Shown here: in pieces, positions 57,801 to 64,000 of the stretch
Layout: each line of letters begins with the position of its first letter
How positions within the stretch are numbered: the stretch's first letter is position 1
Notes under the pieces: model-generated
Database searches by the model: none
What the model was told of the DNA's origin: nothing
Seen by the model: only the letters and a program-made list of their open reading frames with translations
Assembly: GCA_965240325.2 (NCBI GenBank)
Contig: OZ251243.1
Span: 806,001 to 870,000, forward strand
Length of the DNA: 64,000 bases
Direction of reading: 5' to 3'
DNA from: Rebecca billardiae RCC1528
Lineage: Eukaryota; Protista; Haptophyta
Made by a program: the position numbers and the translations under genes

Positions 57801-59493
57801 CCACTCGCTCGCCGCGCGGCGCGGGCTCGACAGGCAGCGCTCGGTGCAGCGGATGCTCTCAGGGCAGGCCGGTGGGCCGCGCGCGATCGAGCCGGACGGC
57901 GGCGGCGAGGAGGAGGGCGCGGCCGCGAGCGGGGCGTCCGCGGAGGGCGCGTCGCCCGCGCGGCCGGGCACCGCGAGCTCGGGCGCCGGGCGCGGCAAGA
58001 AGCCGGGCTCGCCTGAGCGGCGCGGGATGCTCGCCCGCACGGGCTCGCGCATCCTGAGCGGAGGCGGCGACGCGCGGCGCGTCTCGCCGGAGGATGGCAC
58101 GGCCGAGGGCGAGGAGGCGGACTCGGACCTCGGCGGCGACGACGCGGACGGCGCGGAGGCGGCGGCTCTGATGGACGACGTGCGCGTGCTCAAGCTCGAG
58201 CGCAACATCCACGTCGTCATCCGGCCGATGCAGCTGCACCGGCCAAGGCGCACATACCCCGCGCACGAGCGGCCGCACGTGCTGCTGCTGCTGCGCGCGG
58301 ACACGTTCGGCTGGGGCATGGTGATCGACGAGATCGACGACTTCGACAAGCTGCTGGCGGGCGACTACCGGCACCCGCTGCCGAGCACGCTCGCGTCCGC
58401 GCGCATCGCCGACGTCGACGTGTACCACCTGCCGCGCCACCTCGCGCCCGAGCTCACGCCGGGCGCTGCCGAGCCTATCGCCACCCTCGCAGGCGAGCTC
58501 AATACCGACCTGCATGACCTGCAGCTGCTGCACCGCACCGAGGACGGCACGGGGTGGCAGTACGTGGGGCGCGACGGGCCCGAGCGCAAGAGCGGCCGCG
58601 GGCTGATCGCCTGGCCGCAGGATGGGCGGCTGGCCGCGCGGCTCGCGCGCATGATCGAGGCGGGCGGGCACGTGATGACGGTTCTGCTGGACGACGACTC
58701 GGCCATGACTGTGCCTTTCCACTACATCCTGTGGACCGCCCCGCTGCTGCTGCGCCAGGGCCTCTCCTATGAGCGGATCTGGGGCCCGCTCGCGGTGCCG
58801 CTGCGCGTGGGCGCGCACGAGGACGCGTCCAACGACGACATCTCGCGCAACATCATCAAGGTGCTGCGGGGCGACCTGTCGGGCAGCTCGGTGCATCTCG
58901 AGCAGGGCGGGCCGAGCGGTGGGAGGCATGGCGCGCTGCACCGCTCCTTCCACTCGGCGCGGTCCAAGACCTTCCGCAAGGGCAGCGCGTACAGCACGGC
59001 GATGGCGGAGGCGGCGCGCGAGTCTTCCCTCCACTCGGAGCATCGCCGCACCGCGACGAGCCGCGCGTCGGCGCAGGGGCAGAGCCCGCCGATGCAGCGA
59101 GGCTCAACCACGGGCAGCGTCGGCGGCGCGTCGCCGCCCACGCAGGCGTCGTCCGCCGCCCAGCGCCGCCCCCCGCCGCCCAGCTCGTCCCCGCCGCCGC
59201 GCGGCAGCGCGGGCGAGGGCGCCGACACGGAGCAGCCAGGCGCGGGGGCTGCGACCCAGGCATCGCCCGTGCCGGGCCCGGACCGGGTGACGCCGGGGGC
59301 AACGCGCGCGGCCGCGGGCGCGCCCGCGCCCGCCGCACCGAGCGGTGGTGGCGAGGGCGACGATGCGGCCTTGAGCGATGGCTCGCGCAGCCGAACGGCG
59401 CCGCCGCGGACACCGCCGGCTGCGACGGGCGGCGGCGAGGGGTCGGCATCCGCCGCGACATCGTCAGCCCCGGCGCACGCCAAGCAGGCATGA
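48865..59493 (+). CDS. Giant multidomain surface receptor-like protein: signal peptide, (SPPP)n stalk, MAM, SEA-like, right-handed beta-helix, IPT/TIG, Cys-rich repeats, ~9 TM, TIR, degenerate second TIR (~3488 aa after removing intron 56999-57160)
   Basis: Signal LLAACVLAVLCAGLPAAA-Q. MAM: GWQN...DFDWVR..G.TPT.GTGP..GGHYIYAEA..FLYHAYGADMG.L.V..FAIDDI. GGAI/GGAV and FxxN repeats. CxxCxxGxYK repeats. WWESIEVVRQ TM block. TIR: FHAFISHVW.TGQDQ..VFLDVDNL..VIFFLSRGFFRSRNCRREV. Confidence 0.88.
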   Translation: MGKRASRTRVGDAARGGSHAQGWSGRRRGQPSLLAACVLAVLCAGLPAAAQDPSPPPSPPPSPPPSPPPSPPPSPPPSPPPPSPPPSPPPSPPPSPPPSPPPSPPPSPPPPSPPPSPPPSPPPSPPPSPPPSPPPSPPPSPPPSPPPSPPPSPPPSPPPSPPPSPPPSPPPSPPPSPPPPSPPPSPPPSPPPSPPPSPPPSPPPSPPPSPPPPSPPPSPPPSPPPSPPPSPPPSPPPSPPPSPPPSPPPSPPPSPPPSPPPSPPPPSPPPSPPPSPPPSPPPPSPPPSPPPSPPPSPPPPSPPPSPPPSPPPSPPPSPPPSPPPSPPPSPPPPSPPPSPPPSPPPSPPPSPPPSPPPSPPPSPPPSPPPSPPPSPPPSPPPSPPPSPPPSPPPPSPPPSPPPSPPPSPPPSPPPPSPPPSPPPSPPPSPPPSPPPSPPPSPPPSPPPSPPPSPPPSPPPSPPPSPPPPSPPPSPPPSPPPSPPPSPPPSPPPSPPPSPPPSPPPSPPPSPPPSPPPSPPPSPPPSPPPSPPPPSPPPSPPPSPPPSPPPSPPPSPPPSPPPSPPPSPPPSPPPSPPPSPPPSPPPSPPPSPPPSPPPPSPPPSPPPSPPPSPPPSPPPSPPPSPPPSPPPSPPPSPPPSPPPSPPPSPPPSPPPSPPPSPPPPSPPPSPPPSPPPSPPPSPPPSPPPSPPPSPPPSPPPSPPPRPPPSPPPSPPPSPPPSPPPSPPPSPPPSPPPSPPPSPPPSPPPSPPPSPPPSPPPSPPPSPPPSPPPSPPPSPPPSPPPSPPPSPPPSPPPSPPPSPPPSPPPSPPPSPPPSPPPSPPPSPPPSPPPSPPPSPPPSPPPSPPPSPPPSPPPSPPPSPPPSPPPSPPPSPPPSPPPSPPPSPPPSPPPSPPPSPPPSPPPSPPPSPPPSPPPSPPPSPPPSPPPSPPPSPPPSPPPSPPPSPPPSPPPSPPPSPPPSPPPSPPPSPPPSPPPSPPPSPPPSPPPSPPPSPPPSPPPSPPPSPPPSPPPSPPPSPPPSPPPSPPPSPPPAPPPSPPPSPPPSPPPSPPPSPPPSPPPSPPPSPPPSPPPSPPPSPPPSPPPSPPPSPPPSPPPSPPPSPPPSPPPSPPPSPPPSPPPSPPPSPPPSPPPSPPPSPPPSPPPSPPPSPPPSPPPSPPPSPPPSPPPSPPPSPPPSPPPSPPPSPPPSPPPLPPPSPPSPPSPPPLPPPPSCFELGGITDFNNLTYSDALGGWNGWQNDPDGDFDWVRNIGETPTAGTGPTAPAASSDTLSGGSGGHYIYAEATGQQVDANAILVTCQLVPLDTTLFFLYHAYGADMGILDVEFQVLDFQAGVVDAPWSFAGRISNVDQNAWKEGQVEIQQPVGTRGFVRLRFSRGISELSDFAIDDIVLTRFRPPPPPSAPPPPPSAPPSPPTEQEATLFTTIQFTRAASDSDERLRAALESSVELAIELPGEQYRGIGLVRALAPLNLPNASSAPSSPVELVFLIFGTLSLEAQGYDANAKAANVTVGSLQAAIDRTVALSGQGNLTGIVTVLSVDSVSSVEKIFPPPSPAPPPAPPSPPPRTATVADSAALSSEISVVPDGGEIILAEGSFDLSEELVISGKRDVVIRGQGNLTVLNAGASGRRLIVASNVRMVLSNITLMAGGGNGTGAAGGALDLSGDDTDVEVRGCTFSSNGGAAVSVSGRGKVRLDGCTFSGNTGAATGAVGRRRRLATGAGAGAGVLVRAGATVTIVSSSFVNNSAEFGAVYADSGSQLTVRTSSFERASLGATQGGAIWVSGATLNLVSSSFVNNAASESGGAVYAEANSVVSVRKCTFEGGRDVVSDGTTAASFDGGSIAVTDSTLDVVDSSFSKSTVSLVGGSGGAIFALSSNVRITGTTFSGSVASNGGAVYFYSLDTTTRLLLGDNSLQGNSALICAGIKFEAADRELMLTCAENTCGDEVALEATNLCNDADTSVVCPLYDLTGVTPSTGASVLGGEPLNVTGCGFTSFTGAALLQFDSTADEFDATQPVTVLSATRALVTSPEGVGTASLSLSIGGEVAPSSVSLQYEANVRCLPGEEPNAAFDACEPCLDGWYKPAAGNVACTQCSEGDNDIDLFTRKTGATSRDDCVCGDTDDDGFDNPPRSAGGSLSCFCPAGSEYSSAGRNCVPCSVGFYKSESADKDRKCISCEDDDPNLTTELTGSNSFEQCVCDAGFFLREGEDADGTAVKSCYPCDSTSTDGCPQESVTIQTLNLRSGHWRARDETADIRTCPVEAACQGGSSSSAYCAPHHVGPYCSVCEEGHHVGANGLCTACDSGELRRAGFIALGVVLGVAVAAALVVLRVRTLRNAGRYRIPASLLITMRVTGRSLLAFLQILLLIERAYGVTLPNAFKNFVLNLRFLQLDSLYVYGLSCVGADYYFNMYMLSLLPAAVCALATLRALLLYALLGRKITIEAIGTPTLLVAYVALPTAITTIYSFFNFEFVDAEAAERTLYLRVDYSLRFGSELHDFHMPFAIIFMVVYTVLLPATLYHVLVQPGGITLRFLAIGYREPVGWWESIEVVRQVLLAGVAVIVGLVIRLSLEQRFPQISPQDVGIYVSAIQLLFAILVQMLFTILTATVKPLEANANHLVSLLAHTALALILVFTLVHHLMRRIALASIHPFDVELGIGMIVVTICVLFVGIPALLREAQRERNKLVLRDAQDNQRIRARPLAASGERFHAFISHGARRAAARPRAARWPRARWSLARAAGAASARCCPPAHHAAAAAAAPLRPRPPPAVWSTGQDQSRSLKAQLMAAVPGIDVFLDVDNLTDIGSLESLVTETQCVIFFLSRGFFRSRNCRREVLAAFAAKKPCIIVTETSAIHGGATLAAMRAECESCGDPRVSVLAEHFFGGSRDALRNARTRDEAPEEAPVSHSIRWYREAAHLRITVLEVCEQLRAAGVLLPPPEDLTNPYSLKFGWNALRDRTAVAALREGQVPVLLRRHGALVVQYHSLAARRGLDRQRSVQRMLSGQAGGPRAIEPDGGGEEEGAAASGASAEGASPARPGTASSGAGRGKKPGSPERRGMLARTGSRILSGGGDARRVSPEDGTAEGEEADSDLGGDDADGAEAAALMDDVRVLKLERNIHVVIRPMQLHRPRRTYPAHERPHVLLLLRADTFGWGMVIDEIDDFDKLLAGDYRHPLPSTLASARIADVDVYHLPRHLAPELTPGAAEPIATLAGELNTDLHDLQLLHRTEDGTGWQYVGRDGPERKSGRGLIAWPQDGRLAARLARMIEAGGHVMTVLLDDDSAMTVPFHYILWTAPLLLRQGLSYERIWGPLAVPLRVGAHEDASNDDISRNIIKVLRGDLSGSSVHLEQGGPSGGRHGALHRSFHSARSKTFRKGSAYSTAMAEAARESSLHSEHRRTATSRASAQGQSPPMQRGSTTGSVGGASPPTQASSAAQRRPPPPSSSPPPRGSAGEGADTEQPGAGAATQASPVPGPDRVTPGATRAAAGAPAPAAPSGGGEGDDAALSDGSRSRTAPPRTPPAATGGGEGSASAATSSAPAHAKQA
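49021..52497 (+). repeat. ~3.5-kb 12-bp-period coding repeat encoding (SPPP)n with occasional SPPPP
   Basis: agcccgccgccg and synonymous variants. Confidence 0.97.
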
Positions 59494-59510
59494 CATCATC
59501 ATCATCATCA

Positions 59511-61126
59511 TGGCCCGCGGTGCAGGGCGGAGCGCGCAGCGTGGAGCCCGCACCAGCGGGCCCGAACCACGTTTCAAAAAGATCTTTGATCAAGAAAAAA
59601 GGGACGGGGGGCGATTTTTAGGGCTGGCGGAGACCGAGTTTCGAGTTTTTGAGATCGCATAGAGAGGTCTATTAGGCCGAAAATAAGCGCGTCCAGCTCA
59701 TTCCCTTAAGTAAAGTGCGATCTGGACGTCAGCTGGACGTGACATTAACGTAACGGTTCGTTACGAGCGCGATTTTGTGGGTAGACTCTCGTTCATGTGT
59801 GATAGTTTGCCTCCGCCTTGATGAATATGAACTTGGCTTCGCGGCGGTTGGTATCTAGAGTCTAAAACCCGCAAGCCTTATTGAAAATACCCGCGCAGCT
59901 ATTCGTTGCCAGCCCATTCCATAGTCACTGACTTACCGAGCTGGCGAGCTCAAAACCTGCCGTCGTCGCAAGGACGACGTGCTGTGCAGGTTTCTTCTGC
60001 TGGGGTGGCGAGCGAGCCTCGACGACTCTTGGTTGGTCCGCAAGGGGGCGCTCGATGGGCAGGTGCGCGTGGCAAGTGCCGAGTGGCGCCTGGAGCGCGC
60101 GTCTGCGGCGGGTCCCGACGGCCGTCGACATCGCGTTCGTGCCCGCTCACTAGTCACTCCGCACGCCCCTGCCGCGCCCTGTCGATGCCTGCGCGGCCGG
60201 CCGGCGCGCGGCCGCGCCGCCGCCGCCGCAGCCGCCGCCCTGTGTTCGGGCTCTCGCAAGCTCGGGGGCAGCGGCGCATGATGCCGGACTGATCGATCTC
60301 GGAGTCTCCGACTTCACCACACGCCCCCCTTGCCATGCCTCTCCGCCAGGGTCTCCCAGAACTCTTCTTCAGAGCAGGCGCAAGTCGAACTCGGAACTGG
60401 CCGCGGCCCCGCGCGCCGTCGGCTCCCCGTGGCTGTCAGCTCCGCGTGGCCTGGGCGCCTGGCGTGCCCAGAGCTGGCCGTGCCTCTGCGACGCGTGCCG
60501 AGCCTGACCGAGGTGTGTCACCCCGTGCACGCGCGGCGCGCGCAAGCACCGGTGCTGCATGGCTGCTCGCACCGTGCTCCCTGGCTCGCGGTCAGTCAGC
60601 TCGGCCGCGTGGTGCCTGGTGTGCACGTAGAGTCGCGCTCATGCGTCGCTCACGCCTCGCGCCCGCCTGTCGGCCGTCGCGCAGGCGCGCAGGTCGAACC
60701 CTACTGACCTGCAGATCATCTACTCCTGCGCTGCTGGCGTCGCGGCGACGACGGTCAGCGGCAGGCCCGAACGAACGGTCGAATCCGCGCGGTCCCGCGC
60801 CGTCCGGCTCCCTGGCTGTCAGTCAGCTCCGCCGGTGGCCTGGCGTGCAAGAGTCGCGCTCGTGCGTTGATCACGCCGAGTCGCATCCGCCTGTCGGCCG
60901 TCGCGCACGCGCAGGGGGTCAGGTAAGGGCCGTCTGTGATGAGGGCAGCTCGGCCGACGACCGACATCCACACTCGGCGCACGCCGGCGGCGGCGCGGCG
61001 CTGGGGCGGCGCGCCGCTGGATGGAGTCTAGTTACACGTGTACGGGACGACTGCGACGGAGGGTGCACCGCCACCGCGGGCCCCGAACTACGTTCGTTCT
61101 ACGGAAAAGGACCGCGGAACGCGGTC
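59511..61126 (+). mobile_element. Non-autonomous Helitron2/Helentron-like element, copy 3
   Basis: 5' TGGCCCGCGGTG can pair with downstream GCACCAGCGGGCC (5' hairpin). 3' CACCGCGGGCC at 61072-61082, then hairpin GACCGCG-gaa-CGCGGTC at 61110-61126. Flanked by (CAT)n and (TA)n. Confidence 0.8.
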
Positions 61127-61137
61127 ATATATCATAT

Positions 61138-61174
<37 letters not shown>

Positions 61175-61480
61175 ATTTATAAATATAATGATGACGACGA
61201 TGCTGATCGACATGATCATCATTGCTGATCGGATGACGACGATGACTACGCTGATGCTGAAGATGATACTGCTGCTATACGCTATGCGGCGGCACCCGCC
61301 GATCCGACTCGATGCCGAGCAGGTATAAGAGCACGCACATGTACAGATGTACTCCCGTGTGCCATGCCGTCTGTTGACGCCTGCTTCGTCTGTCACCACC
61401 CCTGAAGCCGTCGCCGATTGTGGCGCCGCCGGACAGCTCGCTCAGCCATGCAGCTGCTGTGCATGTCATTGTGATTGCGA

Positions 61481-62086
61481 TTATCTCTCGACGAGGTACT
61501 CCGCCCGAGGGTCGTCCAAGCCCTCGGCCTCAGGCAAGGCCCCGATCGATCGGAGGAACTGCAGGCGCCGGAGGACCGGTGCGATATTCCCACCCAGCTC
61601 CATCGAACCGCCTTCGACCTCGGCGAGGGAGACCCAACGCACCCCACTCGCGTCGTCGCCGCAGATTGCGTGCGCCTCGCGTGTTGCAAAGCAGGCAAAC
61701 TGGCTGATGACGTAGTGGAACGCGAGCTTGCCGTCCGCCTTGCCCTCCTCCTCATGGACGATAACGTCCGACGCGCCGATTGCCCATGGGTGCATGCGTA
61801 CAGCGGGCGGTTTGAGGCCCGTCTCCTCGGCGAGCTCGCGCGCCGCGGCCTCGAGCGACGTCTCGCCGAGCGCGACCTTCCCACCGGGGATTGACCACGA
61901 TCCGGCGCGCGGGGGCTTTGCGCGCTGCACGAGCAGGAACTCGAGTTCGCTGTCACCGCTCCCACCGGCTCGCGGGCGCATGGCCGTCACGGCGACCGCC
62001 GCCCGCGGGTACGGCAGCGCGGCGGTGCCAAAATGTCTCACGGCCGTGAGCAGCATGGCCACCATGCCGGCGATGATGGGGGTCAT
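61481..62086 (-). CDS. Nudix hydrolase (ADP-ribose pyrophosphatase/MutT-like), possible organellar presequence
   Basis: LLVQRAKPP..GSWSIPGGKVALGETSLEAAARELAEETGL (Nudix box), FHYVI, GDDA..VRW. Start codon is uncertain. Confidence 0.88.
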   Translation of the reverse strand: MTPIIAGMVAMLLTAVRHFGTAALPYPRAAVAVTAMRPRAGGSGDSELEFLLVQRAKPPRAGSWSIPGGKVALGETSLEAAARELAEETGLKPPAVRMHPWAIGASDVIVHEEEGKADGKLAFHYVISQFACFATREAHAICGDDASGVRWVSLAEVEGGSMELGGNIAPVLRRLQFLRSIGALPEAEGLDDPRAEYLVER

Positions 62087-62184
62087 CAAAGCGATTGACG
62101 AGACATAAGCAGCCGCCGCCGCCGCGCCGGGCGCGGCGGGTGCCACGCGTCGCGTACACGCGTCGTCATCTGCGTGCATTTGCA

Positions 62185-62706
62185 ATGGCCGCTTCCGCTG
62201 CTGCCGTCTTCCTCGCGCTCGTGCCGAGCTACGCGCCGGCCGCGTCGCGCCTCGGCGCCTCCGCGGTGCGCCACCCGATGGTGGTGCCCACCGCGTCGGT
62301 CGCGATGCTGGGCAACCTTGGCGACTCGCTCAAGAAGGCGCAGGACATGATGAAGAACATTTCGCCCGAGAAGCTTAAGAAGGCGCAGGAGATGAGCATG
62401 AAGATGCAGGATCTGCAGAAGGAACTCGCGGCGACCGAGATCGAGTGCAAGTCGGCGGATGGGAAGATCACCGTCCTCTACACCGGCCAGTCCGTCCCGC
62501 TCTCGGTGAAGGTCGAGCCGGATGCGATGGAGGGCTCGGCAGAGCAGCTTTCCGAGCAGCTCAGCAACGCGCTCAAGCAGGCGTTCATCAACAGCCGAAA
62601 GCACGCGGACAGCCGCATGATGGAGCTGTACGAGGAGGCGGGGCTCGGCGACCTGATTCGGGCGCAGCAGGCGGCCGCGGCGCAGCAGGGCGGGCAGTCG
62701 GAGTAA
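62185..62706 (+). CDS. YbaB/EbfC-family (STIC2-like) protein with a bipartite plastid-targeting presequence
   Basis: Signal peptide + SYAP + Ser/Ala/Arg-rich transit region, then LKKAQEM..KMQ.LQKELA..EIE..S.DG.ITV..TG...P..VKV.P. Confidence 0.85.
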   Translation: MAASAAAVFLALVPSYAPAASRLGASAVRHPMVVPTASVAMLGNLGDSLKKAQDMMKNISPEKLKKAQEMSMKMQDLQKELAATEIECKSADGKITVLYTGQSVPLSVKVEPDAMEGSAEQLSEQLSNALKQAFINSRKHADSRMMELYEEAGLGDLIRAQQAAAAQQGGQSE

Positions 62707-63549
62707 TTCCTTGCCGTGGCCAGACGACGTCATGTACGCAGATGATGACTATGTGACAAGCAGACAGGCTGCGCGACTTCGAACTTGGGTGTCACTCGTC
62801 AGCCCAGCAGTAGGGACAGTGTCGACGCGACGCGTATGCAGAAGTCTGCGTTGCGCGCACATTTTATCTTCATCGTTATTTATTGATGCAGGTTTAAATA
62901 TTTATTTATTTATTTATTTATTTCCGAGTCGCGAATAGCAGCTATATACGGACTATCAGTCATCAGAGGCCTCTGGCTCTGAGCTAGGCGCCACTGGGGC
63001 ACTGTGGCGCGGCGCACTCCGGGCCCCGCGAGTCGCGGCAGACGCCGACGGCGAGTCGGCGACGGCGAACGGCGCGATCGACGCATCAGCGAGACTGAGT
63101 ACACAGTACTGACGCCACGGTGACTCACGCTGACGGCCCCCGGATTCTAGTAACATAATTAAATATATATATATATATATGATGATGATGATGCTGATGA
63201 TCGTCATCAGCATCATCAGTACAGTCGCGCGGCCCGCCGCCGGACGGGCCCCGGGCTAGGTGACCCGGTCGGTGCCTACAGGAGGGCATCAGTGATCACA
63301 TCCGGTCCGCGAGTGCTGACGTTGTCGTTGACGGTGCCGGCAGTGCGCATCATCAAACGCCACGGCGGTCCATGCGGGCACCGCCGCCGCGTGATGACGA
63401 CAGACGAGAGGACTGCGCGGACAGACGAGTGATGCCCAGCGCGGGTAGGGCCACGGGGCCCCACGTGAGTCCCTCCTCGAAGCGGCGTCGTGTGCGTACT
63501 GTGCGTAGCACAACTGCGACTGCGGCTCATCGTGTACGCTGGGGATTCG

Positions 63550-64000
63550 TCACTCGACAGGCTCGTGCGGCCCAGTCGCACATCCAGGCACGGAGATGAA
63601 GTCGTCGAAGTCCCATCGCGACTGGTTGCAGCACGGCCAGCGCTTGCCGCCGTCGTGAAACACCGGCGCCTGTGCGTGGTGCGTGCATGCCGAGGGCCCG
63701 TTCTCGTCGAGCCTGTAGTCGCGCTGGCACCCTGCAGGCGAGCGTGAGGACGGGCGCGTGCGCGAAGGATGTCCGGGCGCGCTCGTCACTCCGGGCACGG
63801 GGAGAGCGCACGCAGCGCGAGCGAGCGCCCGGACTCGCGGCACGACGCCGCTCGACGCGTGGGTGGCATGCGCGCGCGCACCGTAGTGGCGGCACCGTGC
63901 CATGCCAGGCGGGAGCTTGGGCGGCGCCTTTGGCTTGGGCGGCGGCGGCGCGGCGGGCGAGATATCCGGCGCGGCGGAGGGCTTTGGAGCTGCCTGCGCT
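63550..64000 (-). CDS. CHORD zinc-binding domain protein, 3' portion only (the gene extends beyond the window)
   Basis: Removing intron 63732-63881 gives CRHYGCQRDY...ENGPSACTHH...PVFHDGGKRWPCC....WDFDDF..VPGCATGPH. Confidence 0.85.
   Translation of the reverse strand, partial: AQAAPKPSAAPDISPAAPPPPKPKAPPKLPPGMARCRHYGARAHATHASSGVVPRVRALARAACALPVPGVTSAPGHPSRTRPSSRSPAGCQRDYRLDENGPSACTHHAQAPVFHDGGKRWPCCNQSRWDFDDFISVPGCATGPHEPVE

Overview
Gene-dense, very GC-rich eukaryotic DNA with short GC-rich spliceosomal introns (one GC-AG). A bipartite plastid-targeting presequence, the gene content and the intron style suggest an alga with a secondary plastid, most likely a haptophyte (inference). About 18 protein-coding genes are supported. 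Recognisable housekeeping genes: cyclic-nucleotide-dependent kinase, BRWD/PHIP-like chromatin reader, U-box ligase, adenylate kinase, SLC12 cation-chloride cotransporter, ABC1/ADCK kinase, MPC2, PLAC8-like, Nudix, YbaB/EbfC and CHORD. The most notable content is: (1) two unusual membrane-anchored TIR-type proteins, a ~3,490-aa surface receptor (SPPP stalk-MAM-SEA-like-beta-helix-IPT-Cys-rich-~9TM-TIR-degenerate TIR) and a nucleoside-hydrolase-~6TM-TIR/HET-like fusion; (2) a 12-copy EsV-1-7 zinc-repeat array with position-restricted variation; (3) three copies of a non-autonomous Helitron2/Helentron-like element with shared termini (asymmetric TIRs and terminal hairpins) but unrelated interiors, two of which look like captured gene fragments; (4) two apparent pseudo-enzymes (dienelactone hydrolase and archaemetzincin). 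Most of the long Arg/Ala/Gly-rich ORFs in the track are shadow ORFs caused by high GC. All family assignments come from motif recognition by eye; no searches were run.
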